Part shown: one piece after another, positions 17,821 to 28,749 of the stretch
Layout: the number at the start of each line of letters is the position of its first letter
How positions within the stretch are numbered: position 1 is the first letter of the stretch
Assembly (NCBI GenBank): GCA_050251715.1
Contig: JBFWMG010000005.1
Location: 139,766 to 203,765 of the forward strand
Length of the DNA: 64,000 bases
Origin: Desulfovibrionaceae bacterium
GTDB lineage: Bacteria > Desulfobacterota > Desulfovibrionia > Desulfovibrionales > Desulfovibrionaceae
Reading direction: 5' to 3'
Position numbers and translations under genes: made by a program
Notes under the pieces: model-generated
Told to the model about the DNA's origin: nothing
The model's database searches: none
Seen by the model: only the letters and a program-made list of their open reading frames with translations

Positions 17821-18648
17821 ATGATCGGAAGTCTCCGCAAGCTGCAACGGTTCTTCGACCCCGACACCCGCCGCGCGCTCATCCTGGCGCTGGACCACGG
17901 GGCAGGCGAGGGCATGCTGCCCGGCCTGGCCGCCATTCCCGACCTCATCGAAGCGGTGAACCGCCTGAACGTGCAGGGCGTGGTGCTGCAAAAGGGCTTG
18001 GCCCGGGCCTACGCGTCCCAGGTGGATCCGGACGTGATGCTCACGGTGCAGCTTTCCGCCGGAACCCGCCATGGCGTGCCCGGCTACAACAAGAGCCTGG
18101 TCTGCTCGGTGCCCGAGGCGCTGCGCCTGGGCGCGGACGCGGTCAGCGTGCTCATCAACATCGGCAACGACCTGGAAGACCGCATGCTGCAGGACTGCGG
18201 CATGGTCACGGACGAGGCGCACCAGCTGGGCCTGCCGGTGGTGGCGGTCATCCAGGCCCAGGGCGGCCAGATCGTCAACGAGCGCGACCCCATCCTGGTG
18301 GCCCACTGCATCCGCCTGGGCGGCGAACTGGGCGCGGACCTGGTGTGCACCCCCTATTCCGGCGAACCGCAATCCTTTTCCCAGGCCGTGCTGCACTGCC
18401 CCGCGCCGGTCATCGTCACCGGCGGCCCGGCCCAGCAGGATTTCGACACCTTCCTGAAGACCATGCACGAGGTGCTGGAACTGGGCGCCTCGGGCGTGAG
18501 CGTGGGGCGCAACATCCTCATGCAGCCCAAGCCCGTGGCCGCCCTGGAGGCCCTGGTGGCCCTGGTGCATGGCCCGGAAATGGACGAGCCCGGCGCGAAC
18601 GGGCCCGGCGGGGCCGCAACGCCCGCCCCAGGCGCGGCCAAGGCATGA
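17821..18648 (+). CDS. DhnA-type class I aldolase family protein (ADH synthase/FbaB/LsrF family homologue)
   Basis: Family motifs LALDHG, GADAVSV, NERDP and CPAPVIVTGGP are present. The expected GAD(I/L)(I/V)K Schiff-base lysine reads GADLVC (Cys codon at 18346-18348). The C-terminus is a low-complexity Pro/Ala/Gly tail. Confidence 0.75.
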   Translation: MIGSLRKLQRFFDPDTRRALILALDHGAGEGMLPGLAAIPDLIEAVNRLNVQGVVLQKGLARAYASQVDPDVMLTVQLSAGTRHGVPGYNKSLVCSVPEALRLGADAVSVLINIGNDLEDRMLQDCGMVTDEAHQLGLPVVAVIQAQGGQIVNERDPILVAHCIRLGGELGADLVCTPYSGEPQSFSQAVLHCPAPVIVTGGPAQQDFDTFLKTMHEVLELGASGVSVGRNILMQPKPVAALEALVALVHGPEMDEPGANGPGGAATPAPGAAKA

Positions 18649-18749
18649 CCAGCCCGGCCCGCCCGGAATTTTGACACGGCAACCGCTTGAAACTTGGGCG
18701 GCAACGCGGTAACCCCTCTCGCAAACACACCCCATCCCCCGGAGGAACA

Positions 18750-20759
18750 ATGCCCACACGCAAGGAAATGGCCAACGCCATCCGATTCCTGAGCATGGAC
18801 GCGATTCAGAAAGCCAATTCCGGCCACCCCGGCATGCCCATGGGCATGGCGGACATCGCCCAGGTGCTGTGGTGCGATTTCCTCAAGCACAACCCCGCCA
18901 ACCCCGCCTGGGCGGACCGCGACCGCTTCGTGCTCAGCAACGGCCACGGCTCCATGCTGCTCTATTCGCTGCTGCACCTCACCGGGTACGGCCTCACCAC
19001 GGACGACCTGGCCAGCTTCCGCCAGCTTGGCTCCAAGACGCCCGGTCACCCTGAAAACGGCGTGGCGCCCGGCGTGGAAACCACCACCGGCCCCCTGGGC
19101 CAAGGCCTGACCAACGCCGTGGGCATGGCCATGGCCGAAAAGGTGCTGGCCGCCCAGTACAACCGGCCCGGCTTCGACGTGGTGGACCACTACACCTATG
19201 TGTTCCTGGGCGACGGCTGCCTCATGGAAGGCATTTCGCACGAGGCGTGCTCCCTGGCCGGCACCCTGGGCCTGGGCAAGCTCATCGTGCTCTACGACGA
19301 CAACGGCATTTCCATCGACGGCGCGGTGTCCGGCTGGTTCGCCGACGACACGGCCAAGCGGTTCAAGGCCTACGGCTGGCACGTGCTGGTGGTCAACGGC
19401 CATGATCCCAAGGAAATCCGCGCCGCCATCAAGCGGTCGCGCGAGCGCACGGACAAGCCGTCCCTCATCTGCTGCAAAACCACCATCGGCTTTGGTTCGC
19501 CCTCCCTGGCGGGCAGCCACAAGACCCACGGCTCGCCCCTGGGCGACGAGGAGATCGCGGCCACGCGCAAGGCGCTGGGCTGGGAATACCCGCCCTTTTC
19601 CGTGCCGCGGGAAATCAAGGACGCCTGGGACGCCACCGCGCGCGGTGGCGAGGCCGAAGCCGTGTGGAACGACATGTTCGAGGCCTATGCCCGCGCCTTC
19701 CCGGCCGAGGCCGCCGCGTTCACCCGCCGCATGAGCGGCGCACTGCCCGCCGACTGGACCGCCAAGGCCGACGCCTTTGTGGCCGCCACCGTGGCCAAGG
19801 CCGAGAAAAAGGCCACCCGCCAGGCCTCGCAGGCCGCCATCAACGGCTACGCGCCCGAGCTGCCCGAACTCTTTGGCGGCTCCGCCGATCTCACCCCGTC
19901 CAACGGCACCTGGTGGACCGGTTCCGTGGCCCTGACCAGGGACAACTGGAACGCCAACTACGTGCACTTCGGCGTGCGCGAATTCGGCATGGCCGCCATC
20001 ATGAACGGCATGGCCCTGCACGGCGGCTTCATCCCCTACGGCGGCACCTTCCTGGTCTTTGCCGACTACTCGCGCAACGCCATCCGCATGGCCGCGCTCA
20101 CCGGCGCCAAGGTCATCCACGTGCTCACCCACGACTCCATAGGCGTGGGCGAGGACGGCCCCACCCACCAGCCCGTGGAGCACACCCCGTCCCTGCGGCT
20201 CATCCCCGGCCTGTCCGTGTGGCGGCCCTGCGACACCCTGGAAACCGCCGTGGCCTGGCGCGCCGCCCTGGAGCGCGCCAAGGGACCGACCGCCCTGGCC
20301 CTCACCCGCCAAGGCCTGCCCTTCATGCCCCGCGACGCCGCCACCCTGGCCAACGTGGCCAAGGGCGGCTACGTGCTGCGCGACTGCGACGCCACGCCGG
20401 ACGCCATCCTCCTCGCCACCGGCTCCGAGGTGCACGTGGCCATGGCCGCCGCCGACCAGCTGACCGCCAAGGGCTACGCCATCCGCGTGGTCTCCATGCC
20501 CAGCGTGGACACCTTCGAGGCCCAGGACGCGGCCTACAAGGAAGGCGTGCTGCCCAAGGCCGTGACCATCCGCGTGGCCGTGGAGGCCGCCTCGCCCGAC
20601 GGCTGGTACCGCTACGCCCCGCGCGTCATCGGCATGACCACCTTCGGCGAGTCCGGCCCAGGCGGCGCGCTGTTCAAGCACTTCGGCTTCACCCCCGAAA
20701 ACGTGGCCGCCACCGTGGAAGAGGAACTCGCCACCGCGAACGTGTCCCTGTCCAACTGA
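18750..20759 (+). CDS. tkt: transketolase
   Basis: ATG at 18750 follows GGAGGA. The N-terminus [32 protein letters not shown] and the TPP-binding [12 protein letters not shown] motif are canonical for Tkt. Confidence 0.95.
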   Translation: MPTRKEMANAIRFLSMDAIQKANSGHPGMPMGMADIAQVLWCDFLKHNPANPAWADRDRFVLSNGHGSMLLYSLLHLTGYGLTTDDLASFRQLGSKTPGHPENGVAPGVETTTGPLGQGLTNAVGMAMAEKVLAAQYNRPGFDVVDHYTYVFLGDGCLMEGISHEACSLAGTLGLGKLIVLYDDNGISIDGAVSGWFADDTAKRFKAYGWHVLVVNGHDPKEIRAAIKRSRERTDKPSLICCKTTIGFGSPSLAGSHKTHGSPLGDEEIAATRKALGWEYPPFSVPREIKDAWDATARGGEAEAVWNDMFEAYARAFPAEAAAFTRRMSGALPADWTAKADAFVAATVAKAEKKATRQASQAAINGYAPELPELFGGSADLTPSNGTWWTGSVALTRDNWNANYVHFGVREFGMAAIMNGMALHGGFIPYGGTFLVFADYSRNAIRMAALTGAKVIHVLTHDSIGVGEDGPTHQPVEHTPSLRLIPGLSVWRPCDTLETAVAWRAALERAKGPTALALTRQGLPFMPRDAATLANVAKGGYVLRDCDATPDAILLATGSEVHVAMAAADQLTAKGYAIRVVSMPSVDTFEAQDAAYKEGVLPKAVTIRVAVEAASPDGWYRYAPRVIGMTTFGESGPGGALFKHFGFTPENVAATVEEELATANVSLSN

Positions 20760-20972
20760 TCGCCCGCCTGCAACCAGGCGCGGCAATACGAAAAGACGCC
20801 TGAAAAAAGATCCGGGGGAGATGGATACGGCAGGGACAAGCGAGTTCCCCAGGCGGACGGCCTCGCTGGTTGCGGACAAGAACATGGAGGGAGGGGACGC
20901 CCCACGCCATGGGCCGCAAGGCATGGAAAAAGAAACAGCAGGGAGGCAGCATGGCGGTTTGTCAGCTGCCTG

Positions 20973-21009
20973 AAAAGGGTTCGCGCCGTAGCGGCGCGAA
21001 CCCTTTTTT
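20973..21009 (+). terminator. intrinsic terminator ~210 nt downstream of tkt
   Basis: AAAA-GGGTTCGCGCC-gtagc-GGCGCGAACCC-TTTTTT. A second hairpin, GGCAGC...GCTGCC, lies just upstream. Confidence 0.7.
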
Positions 21010-21162
21010 CACGTCCTTGCCCCCACCGCGCCCCCTCCGCCGCGCATGGCACGTGTTTTCTTTCACAAGGCGTGACAACCATTCATGTTTTTCGTATACG
21101 ATCATCCTCCGTCCCGACTCCTATGGCGTAGCGGGCCGAGTATCTCACACAATGAGGGTGTC

Positions 21163-22287
21163 ATGAGCGCATTCATGAACTTCGCCTTTTTGAGCGGCAA
21201 GCCGCCCAAACCCAACGGCCGCAGCGTGGCCGTCATAGGCGCCGGGCCCAGCGGGCTTGCGGCCGCCGGGTACCTGGCCAGTATCGGGTACAAGGTCGAT
21301 TTGTACGACAAGCTGCCCAAGGCGGGCGGCCTGATGGTGTTCGGCATCCCCGGGCACCGCATTCCCGAGGAGCGCATTCTGGACGGGGTGGCGCATCTGG
21401 AGGCGCAGTACGGCGTCACCTTCCACCCCTGCACCAAGATCTGCGGCAGCGAGCCGCTCAACGGCGAGGCGGGCGACCATTTTTCCGCCAACCTGGTGAG
21501 CCTGGGCGAACTGGGCCGCGAGCACGACGCGGTCATCATCTGCACGGGTTCGTGGAAGTCGCGCAAGATGGGCGTGCCAGGCGAGCATCTGCCCGGCGTG
21601 TTGTCCGGCCTGGAATATCTTTTCCCCATCCGCGCGGCGCGGTATGCCGCGGACCACATAGCGCCCATCGACGTGGCGGGCAGGCGGGTGGTGGTGGTCG
21701 GCGCGGGCCATTCCGCCGTGGACGTGGCGCACTCCGCCGTGGCCCACGGGGCCAAGGCCGTGACCATGCTCTACCGCCGCACCCGGGCCGAGGCGCCGTG
21801 CGGCAGCTATGAGGTGACGCAGTTGCAGGAGCGCGGCGTGCGCTGGATGGAGCTGGCCACGCCCGTGCGCGTGCTGGGCACGGACAAGGTGGAGGGGCTG
21901 GAATACGTGCAGTGCACGCTGGGCGCGCCCGACCGTTCGGGCCGGTGCTCCTTTGTGCCCGAGGAGGGCTCCAACCGCGTGCTCCCGGCGGACACGGTGG
22001 TCACGGCCATAGGCGAGATAGCCACGCCGCCCTTTGCCGACGACCTGGGCCTGGCCAACGTGCGCAAGGGCGAGATCCACTGGTTGCAGATGACGCGCAT
22101 CCCCGGCGTGTTCGTGGCGGGCGACGCGCTCACCGGGCCCAGCAAGATCGGCAAGGCCGTCTATTCGGGCCTGCGCGCGGCCAAGTCGCTGGCGCAGTGG
22201 CTCGATCTCAAGGCGCTGGGCCGCCTTGAGGAATACAAGGAAGACGCGGTCATCACCCGCGAAGACTGGGTGGAGGACCGCATATGA
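21163..22287 (+). CDS. FAD/NAD(P)-dependent oxidoreductase, glutamate synthase small-subunit (GltD)-like
   Basis: Two Rossmann motifs (VAVIGAGPSGLAAAGYL and VVVVGAGHSAVD) and GIPGHRIPEE. ATG at 21163 follows GAGGG. Confidence 0.8.
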   Translation: MSAFMNFAFLSGKPPKPNGRSVAVIGAGPSGLAAAGYLASIGYKVDLYDKLPKAGGLMVFGIPGHRIPEERILDGVAHLEAQYGVTFHPCTKICGSEPLNGEAGDHFSANLVSLGELGREHDAVIICTGSWKSRKMGVPGEHLPGVLSGLEYLFPIRAARYAADHIAPIDVAGRRVVVVGAGHSAVDVAHSAVAHGAKAVTMLYRRTRAEAPCGSYEVTQLQERGVRWMELATPVRVLGTDKVEGLEYVQCTLGAPDRSGRCSFVPEEGSNRVLPADTVVTAIGEIATPPFADDLGLANVRKGEIHWLQMTRIPGVFVAGDALTGPSKIGKAVYSGLRAAKSLAQWLDLKALGRLEEYKEDAVITREDWVEDRI

Positions 22288-22787
22288 GCAAGACCCTGTA
22301 TATCGACTACAACAAGTGCATCGGCTGCGAGACCTGCGAGGCGGTGTGCAAGACCTTGTACGACAAGCCGCGCATCAACATGACCCGCACCACCGAGGGC
22401 GTGCTCATGCCGCTGTACTGCCGCCACTGCGACCGCCCGGCCTGCGCCAACGTGTGCCCGCGCGGCGCGCTCATCAAGGCGGCGGACGGCTCGGTGATCC
22501 TGCAACCGCTCCTGTGCGCGGGGTGCGAGTCCAAGCCGTGCCTGATGGCGTGTCCCTTTGGCGGCGTGTTCACCTCCAGCCGCGAGGCGCCGGTGACCAA
22601 GTGCGACCTGTGCACCCATCGCCGCGCCGTGGGCATGGGCCCGGCCTGCGTGGAAATGTGCCCGTGCCAGGCCATCCAATACGTGGAACGCGAGGCCATT
22701 CCCGCCTTGCAGACCGAGGCGGCGAGCAAGGCCGAGGCCATGGTGCTGGCCCACATCCGCCCTCCGTCAACCAAGCTGGGCAGATAG
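22284..22787 (+). CDS. 4Fe-4S dicluster domain protein (ferredoxin-like partner subunit)
   Basis: Cys clusters CIGCETCEAVC, CRHCDRPACANVCP, CAGCESKPCLMACP and CDLC...CVEMCP. The start overlaps the upstream oxidoreductase stop. Confidence 0.85.
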   Translation: MSKTLYIDYNKCIGCETCEAVCKTLYDKPRINMTRTTEGVLMPLYCRHCDRPACANVCPRGALIKAADGSVILQPLLCAGCESKPCLMACPFGGVFTSSREAPVTKCDLCTHRRAVGMGPACVEMCPCQAIQYVEREAIPALQTEAASKAEAMVLAHIRPPSTKLGR

Positions 22788-22976
22788 ACGTGCCCGTTGC
22801 GGGCTGAGCGCACGCCCGCACCAGGCACCGGCATGCCCTTTCACGGGGCGCTTCCCAGTGGGGATGCGCCCCTTTTTTATAGACAAATCCACTGAAAATG
22901 TTAGAACAAATTTGTCGCACGGCACTTGGCCCTCCCTTTTTCCCGTTGTCTCAACGCGCGTCGCAAGGAGCAGCCC

Positions 22977-24155
22977 ATGAAAATCACCACCATGAAGGAA
23001 CTCGATCTCAAAGGTAAACGCGTCTTCATCCGGCAGGATCTCAACGCCCCCATCAAGGGCGGCAAGGTCACCAATGACAAACGCATCCGGGAAAGCATCC
23101 CCGGCATCACCATGGCCCTCGACGCCGGAGCGGCGGTCATGGTCACCTCGCACTGGGGACGGCCCAAGGCGGGGGAATACGACACCGCCTTTTCCCTGGC
23201 GCCCATCGCCGACTACATGGGCACCCTGCTCGGCAAGCCCGTGCCCCTGGTCAAGGACTGGCTGGACGGCGTGGACGTTGCTCCGGGCGACGTCGTGATG
23301 CTGGAGAACGTGCGCTTCTTCAAGGGCGAAAAGGAAAACGACGACGCCTTGAGCAAGAAGATGGCCGCCCTGTGCGACGTGTACGTGATGGACGCCTTTG
23401 GCACCGCGCACCGCGCCCAGTGCTCCACCCACGGCATCGCCAAGTTCGCGCCCCAGGTCTGTGCCGGGCCGCTGCTTGCGCGTGAGCTGGAGGCGCTGGA
23501 AAAGGCGCTGGACAAACCCGCCCGGCCCCTGGTGGCCATAGTGGGCGGCTCCAAGGTGTCCACCAAGCTCAAGCTGCTGGAAAACCTGCTCGGCAAGGTG
23601 GACCAGCTCATCGTGGGCGGCGGCATAGCCAACAATTTCATCGCCGCCGCGGGATTCAAGGTGGGCAAGTCGGTGTATGAACCCGACCTCATGGACATGA
23701 CCCGCCACCTGAACGAGGTGGCCAAGAAGGCGGGCGCGGAAATCCCGGTGCCCGAAGATGTGATCGTGGCCAAGGAGTTTGCCGAAACCGCCATGCCCAT
23801 CCTGAAAAAGGTGGACGAGGTGGCGGACGACGAAATGATCCTGGACATCGGCCCCATGACCGCCAAACGCTACGCGGACATGATGCGCCAGGCGGGCACC
23901 GTGGTCTGGAACGGCCCCGTGGGCGTGGCGGAATTCGACCAGTTCGCGGGCGGCACCAAGGTCATTGGCCACGCCATTGCGGACAGCGGCGCCTTCTCCA
24001 TCGCGGGCGGCGGCGACACCGTGGCGGCCGTGGAGGCGTTCGGGCTCAAGGACGGCATCTCCTACATCTCCACGGGCGGCGGCGCGTTCCTGGAATTTTT
24101 GGAGGGCAAGAAGCTGCCCGCCGTGGCCATCCTGGAAGAGCGGGCCAAGGGGTAG
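22977..24155 (+). CDS. pgk: phosphoglycerate kinase
   Basis: ATG at 22977 follows AAGGAG. The sequence [25 protein letters not shown]...TSHWGRP...GGGDT is canonical Pgk. Confidence 0.95.
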   Translation: MKITTMKELDLKGKRVFIRQDLNAPIKGGKVTNDKRIRESIPGITMALDAGAAVMVTSHWGRPKAGEYDTAFSLAPIADYMGTLLGKPVPLVKDWLDGVDVAPGDVVMLENVRFFKGEKENDDALSKKMAALCDVYVMDAFGTAHRAQCSTHGIAKFAPQVCAGPLLARELEALEKALDKPARPLVAIVGGSKVSTKLKLLENLLGKVDQLIVGGGIANNFIAAAGFKVGKSVYEPDLMDMTRHLNEVAKKAGAEIPVPEDVIVAKEFAETAMPILKKVDEVADDEMILDIGPMTAKRYADMMRQAGTVVWNGPVGVAEFDQFAGGTKVIGHAIADSGAFSIAGGGDTVAAVEAFGLKDGISYISTGGGAFLEFLEGKKLPAVAILEERAKG

Positions 24156-24230
24156 CGAGCCAAGGGCGCGAGACGGAAAACTTGCGGCGCGGTGGCGTGC
24201 ATGTGTGTCGGCGCCACCGCCCATTCGCTG

Positions 24231-24305
24231 GGCAAGGGGCTTTTGTGCCCAATGGGGCAGGCGGCCTTTCAAGCCTGTTCCCATTGGGCGCAAAAGCCCC
24301 TTGCC
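24231..24305. repeat. long imperfect hairpin (about 26-bp arms) in the pgk-downstream spacer
   Basis: GGCAAGGGGCTTTTGTGCCCAATGGG ... CCCATTGGGCGCAAAAGCCCCTTGCC with one mismatch and an inner CAGGC/GCCTG stem. A second hairpin, GCGGTGGCG/CGCCACCGC, lies at 24189-24220. Confidence 0.6.
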
Positions 24306-24456
24306 GCATGGACGCCCCGTCCCATGGAGTGCCATGGAGCGCCTCGGATCACCTGTTGGATGGGTAAAGGCACAGCCCCGGCGGACGCAACGGGGCAAGG
24401 CCTGCAACATGGGCCAGCTGGCCAAAAGCGGCGGCATGCCGCCATGAGGAGGGTGT

Positions 24457-24705
24457 ATGGAGAGCGTCTTGACCTGGGTGCTGACCGCCATGTCCCTCAC
24501 TGGCATCGTGCTGAACATAAAGAAGAACCGCAAATGCTTCCTGATCTGGATCGTGGCCAACATGGGGTGGATCGTGGTCAACCTGCGCCACGGCATCCAG
24601 GCCCAGGCGCTGCTGTTCGTGGTCTACACCGGCATGTCCATCTGGGGATTCGTGGAGTGGGGCAGGCACCCGCCCCGCGACGACGCGAAAAAGGCCGAGA
24701 GTTAA
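24457..24705 (+). CDS. small 3-TM membrane protein, PnuC-like half-size unit
   Basis: 82 aa, preceded by a GAGGAGGG RBS. Three predicted TM helices. The pattern NIKKNRKCFLIWIVANMGWIVVN...LLFVVYTGMSIWGFVEW resembles the repeat unit of PnuC-family transporters. Confidence 0.6.
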   Translation: MESVLTWVLTAMSLTGIVLNIKKNRKCFLIWIVANMGWIVVNLRHGIQAQALLFVVYTGMSIWGFVEWGRHPPRDDAKKAES

Positions 24706-25055
24706 CCCTCCGGGGCTGCGGGCGGCGCATCCGGGCCGGTCTTCGCGTGGCGCGCTTCCGGCGCGCGTGGGGGACGTGTGGCGCGTCCTGGGGCCATATC
24801 CCACACGGCAAGGGGCATGGCCGTGGCCAACCCGTCCAGAAAGGCGCGCACCTCGGCCTCCTGATGCGGGGAAAAGACCACCTGGACCACGGCCTCGAAG
24901 CGGTCGATGACGCTCATGTAGGCCAGGTTGTCCACGGCTTCGAGCAGAAACTTCATGCGCGCCAGATCCGCCTGCGCCACGCGCACGTACAACCGCCGCG
25001 ACCGCTCCGGCGGGGGAGGCGGTGCGGGTCGCCGCCGCTTCTTCATTCTGGCCAT
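24702..25055 (-). CDS. DUF4911 domain-containing protein
   Basis: ATG at 25055 follows GGAAGGAAGG. The 117-aa product has the core RRLYVRVAQADLARMKFLLEAVDNLAYMSVIDRFEAVVQVVF, typical of DUF4911. The longer track ORF upstream is not supported. Confidence 0.65.
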   Translation of the reverse strand: MARMKKRRRPAPPPPPERSRRLYVRVAQADLARMKFLLEAVDNLAYMSVIDRFEAVVQVVFSPHQEAEVRAFLDGLATAMPLAVWDMAPGRATRPPRAPEARHAKTGPDAPPAAPEG

Positions 25056-25372
25056 GCCTTCCTTCCTGTTTGCTTTGTGATGCTGTTGCCGTTGCGCCAT
25101 GCGGCGCCTTGTCCGGGCCGCGTCTCCCAAGCCGTCCCATGCCCCATGGCCCGCGCACCATGACCAGCGCCGCCGCAATGCGTTTGGTTGCTCGCGCATT
25201 GCGGTTGCGCTGCTCCGCAACCTTGGCCGCGTTTCCCGCGCCTCGGGCGGGATACCCGCACCAACCGTCCGGCGACGCGACCGTAGGACGCGCGCAAGGC
25301 GCACCACAACACGCCGCACAGGCCGGCCCGGACCGGGCCTACCCGTTGCGCCGCCCTGCCGCGCGATGCAAG

Positions 25373-27013
<1,641 letters not shown>

Positions 27014-27198
27014 GGTGTTCCCCCCATGTGTGCGTGGGCTGCGGATTGTTGCGGCCGACAGTGACCGCAATGCCTTTGCGCCCGCCCCTGGCCCTCGGGA
27101 GACCCGGACGCCAAGCACGGACGATGGTACTATACCCTACAAGACGCGGCCCCGCAAAGGGGCAGGAGCCCCGCACCGCCCCCCCCACCGAGCCGCTC

Positions 27199-27260
27199 GG
27201 GAACTAACGGGAACGGGCGGGAACGGGCGGGAACGGGCGGGAACGGGCGGGAGGGGATGG
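27199..27260. repeat. tandem 10-bp repeat (GAACGGGCGG x4, with degenerate flanking units)
   Basis: GAACGGGCGG occurs exactly four times at 27211-27250. It is flanked by GAACTAACGG and GAGGGGATGG. The tract is ~190 nt upstream of the pgi start and directly abuts repeat copy B. Confidence 0.85.
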
Positions 27261-27267
27261 CGGGTTA

Positions 27268-27370
27268 GCGCATTTTAACATTGAAGCAATGGTGCACGTT
27301 GAAACAATGAAGCATTATTTCAACAAAATGCATTAGAGCATCTAAGCTTTTTCAAAGTCAAGATGCTCTA
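27268..27370 (+). repeat. AT-rich ~103-bp MITE-like repeat, copy B
   Basis: 7 mismatches over 103 nt against the reverse complement of 30199-30301, by hand alignment. Imperfect terminal inverted repeats match at 13 of 17 positions (AGCGCATTTTAACATTG / CAAAGTCAAGATGCTCT). TA dinucleotides flank both ends. Its last 3 nt form the stop codon of the response-regulator gene. Confidence 0.85.
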
Positions 27371-28741
27371 ATGGCCCGAGATTTTATACTTCTTGAGCTT
27401 GTACTGGAGCAGGCTCTTGGACACGCCCAGCGCCTCGGCGGCCTTGACCTGCACGAACTCGTTGCGCGCCAGGGCGCGGCGGATAAGGGCGGCCTCGATC
27501 TTTTCCAGGGTGTCGCCCAGGTTGAGGCGGGCGGGCAGCAGATCCACGGCGCTCTTGAACTGCGCCTCCTCGTCGCGGATTTCCGGCGGCAGGTCGTCCA
27601 CGCCCATGGTATCGCCCGAGGCCAGCACCATGCAGCGCTCCACCACGTTTTCCAGCTGGCGCACGTTGCCCGGCCACTCGTACCCGGTGAGGAAATCCAG
27701 CGCCTCCGGGGCAAAGGAGCGGCGCACGGCGTTGTTGTCCGTCACGAACTTGTCCACGAAATGCGCGGCCAGCAAGACAATGTCCTCGCGCCGTTCGCGC
27801 AGCGGCGGCAGATGGATCTGCACCACGTTCAGGCGGTAGAACAGGTCTTCGCGGAACGAGCCGTCCGCCACGGCGGCGGCCAGATCCTTGTTGGTGGCGG
27901 CCACCAGCCGGATATCGACCTCGATTTCCTCCGACCCACCCACGCGCTCGAAACGGCGCTCCTGCAACACGCGCAGCAGCTTGACCTGCATGTCGTGGGA
28001 CAGCTCGCCGATCTCGTCCAGAAACAGCGTGCCTTCGTGGGCCAGTTCGAACCGGCCCCGCTTGCGCGCCACCGCGCCGGTGAACGAGCCCTTTTCATGG
28101 CCAAAGAGCTCGCTTTCCAGCACGCCGGGGTTCAGCGCCATGCAGTTGACCGAGATGAACGGCCCCTTGTTGCGCGGCGAGGCGAAGTGGATGGCCTTGG
28201 CCACCAGCTCCTTGCCCGTGCCGGACTCGCCGGTGATGAGCACGGTGCTGCGGCTGGGCGCGGCGCGGTCCACCATGCCCAGCACCTGCCGCATGGGCTT
28301 GGACTTGCCGATGATGTGGTGCAGGCCGTAGCGCTCTTCCAGGTTGGCGTACAGCAAACGGTATTGCTGCTGCGCCTTGGCCATCTGCATGGCCTTTTGC
28401 ACGGACAGCAGCAGTTCGTCATTGGAAAAGGGTTTGGTGATGAAGTCGAACGCGCCGAGCTTCATGGCCTCCACAGCGGCCTCGATGGAGCCGAACGCGG
28501 TCATGATGAGCACGGGGATGTGCGGGTAGTTGCGCTTCACGTGCTCCAGCACGTCCTGGCCCGTGAGCTTGGGCATCTTCATGTCCGTGATGACCACGTC
28601 CACTTCCGACTCGTCCAGAAAGGCGAGCCCGGTCTCGGGGTCGGGCAGCGCGGTCACGCCATAGCCCGCCCCTTGCAGCAACATTTCCAGCACAAGCAAA
28701 TAGTTCTGCTCGTCGTCCAGGATGAGGATGGTTCCCGCCAT
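27368..28741 (-). CDS. sigma54-dependent response regulator (NtrC family)
   Basis: 457 aa from the ATG at 28741. It has a receiver domain (ILILDDE...[10 protein letters not shown]), an AAA+ sigma54-interaction domain ([14 protein letters not shown]-like [16 protein letters not shown]) and a C-terminal Fis-type HTH. Confidence 0.9.
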   Translation of the reverse strand: MAGTILILDDEQNYLLVLEMLLQGAGYGVTALPDPETGLAFLDESEVDVVITDMKMPKLTGQDVLEHVKRNYPHIPVLIMTAFGSIEAAVEAMKLGAFDFITKPFSNDELLLSVQKAMQMAKAQQQYRLLYANLEERYGLHHIIGKSKPMRQVLGMVDRAAPSRSTVLITGESGTGKELVAKAIHFASPRNKGPFISVNCMALNPGVLESELFGHEKGSFTGAVARKRGRFELAHEGTLFLDEIGELSHDMQVKLLRVLQERRFERVGGSEEIEVDIRLVAATNKDLAAAVADGSFREDLFYRLNVVQIHLPPLRERREDIVLLAAHFVDKFVTDNNAVRRSFAPEALDFLTGYEWPGNVRQLENVVERCMVLASGDTMGVDDLPPEIRDEEAQFKSAVDLLPARLNLGDTLEKIEAALIRRALARNEFVQVKAAEALGVSKSLLQYKLKKYKISGH

Positions 28742-28749
28742 GATGACGC

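Noticed and set aside
18354-20924. 856-aa minus-strand ORF opposite transketolase
   Set aside because: It is antisense to tkt, which has canonical motifs. No motifs were recognised in the antisense product.
21047-21062. TGGCACgtgttTTCTT upstream of the GltD-like gene as a sigma54 promoter; a similar TGGCAC at 2959-2964
   Set aside because: The -24 element is perfect, but the essential -12 GC doublet is missing in both (TTCTT and TTTAT).
24192-25163. 323-aa + strand ORF spanning the pgk spacer, the small membrane protein gene and the DUF4911 gene
   Set aside because: It crosses hairpin-rich intergenic DNA and overlaps two better-supported small genes. The product is Arg/Gly/His-rich low-complexity.
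27199-27260. Decamer tandem array considered as a CRISPR-like or minisatellite array
   Set aside because: The units are contiguous 10-mers without spacers, and there are no cas genes. It is a simple tandem repeat.
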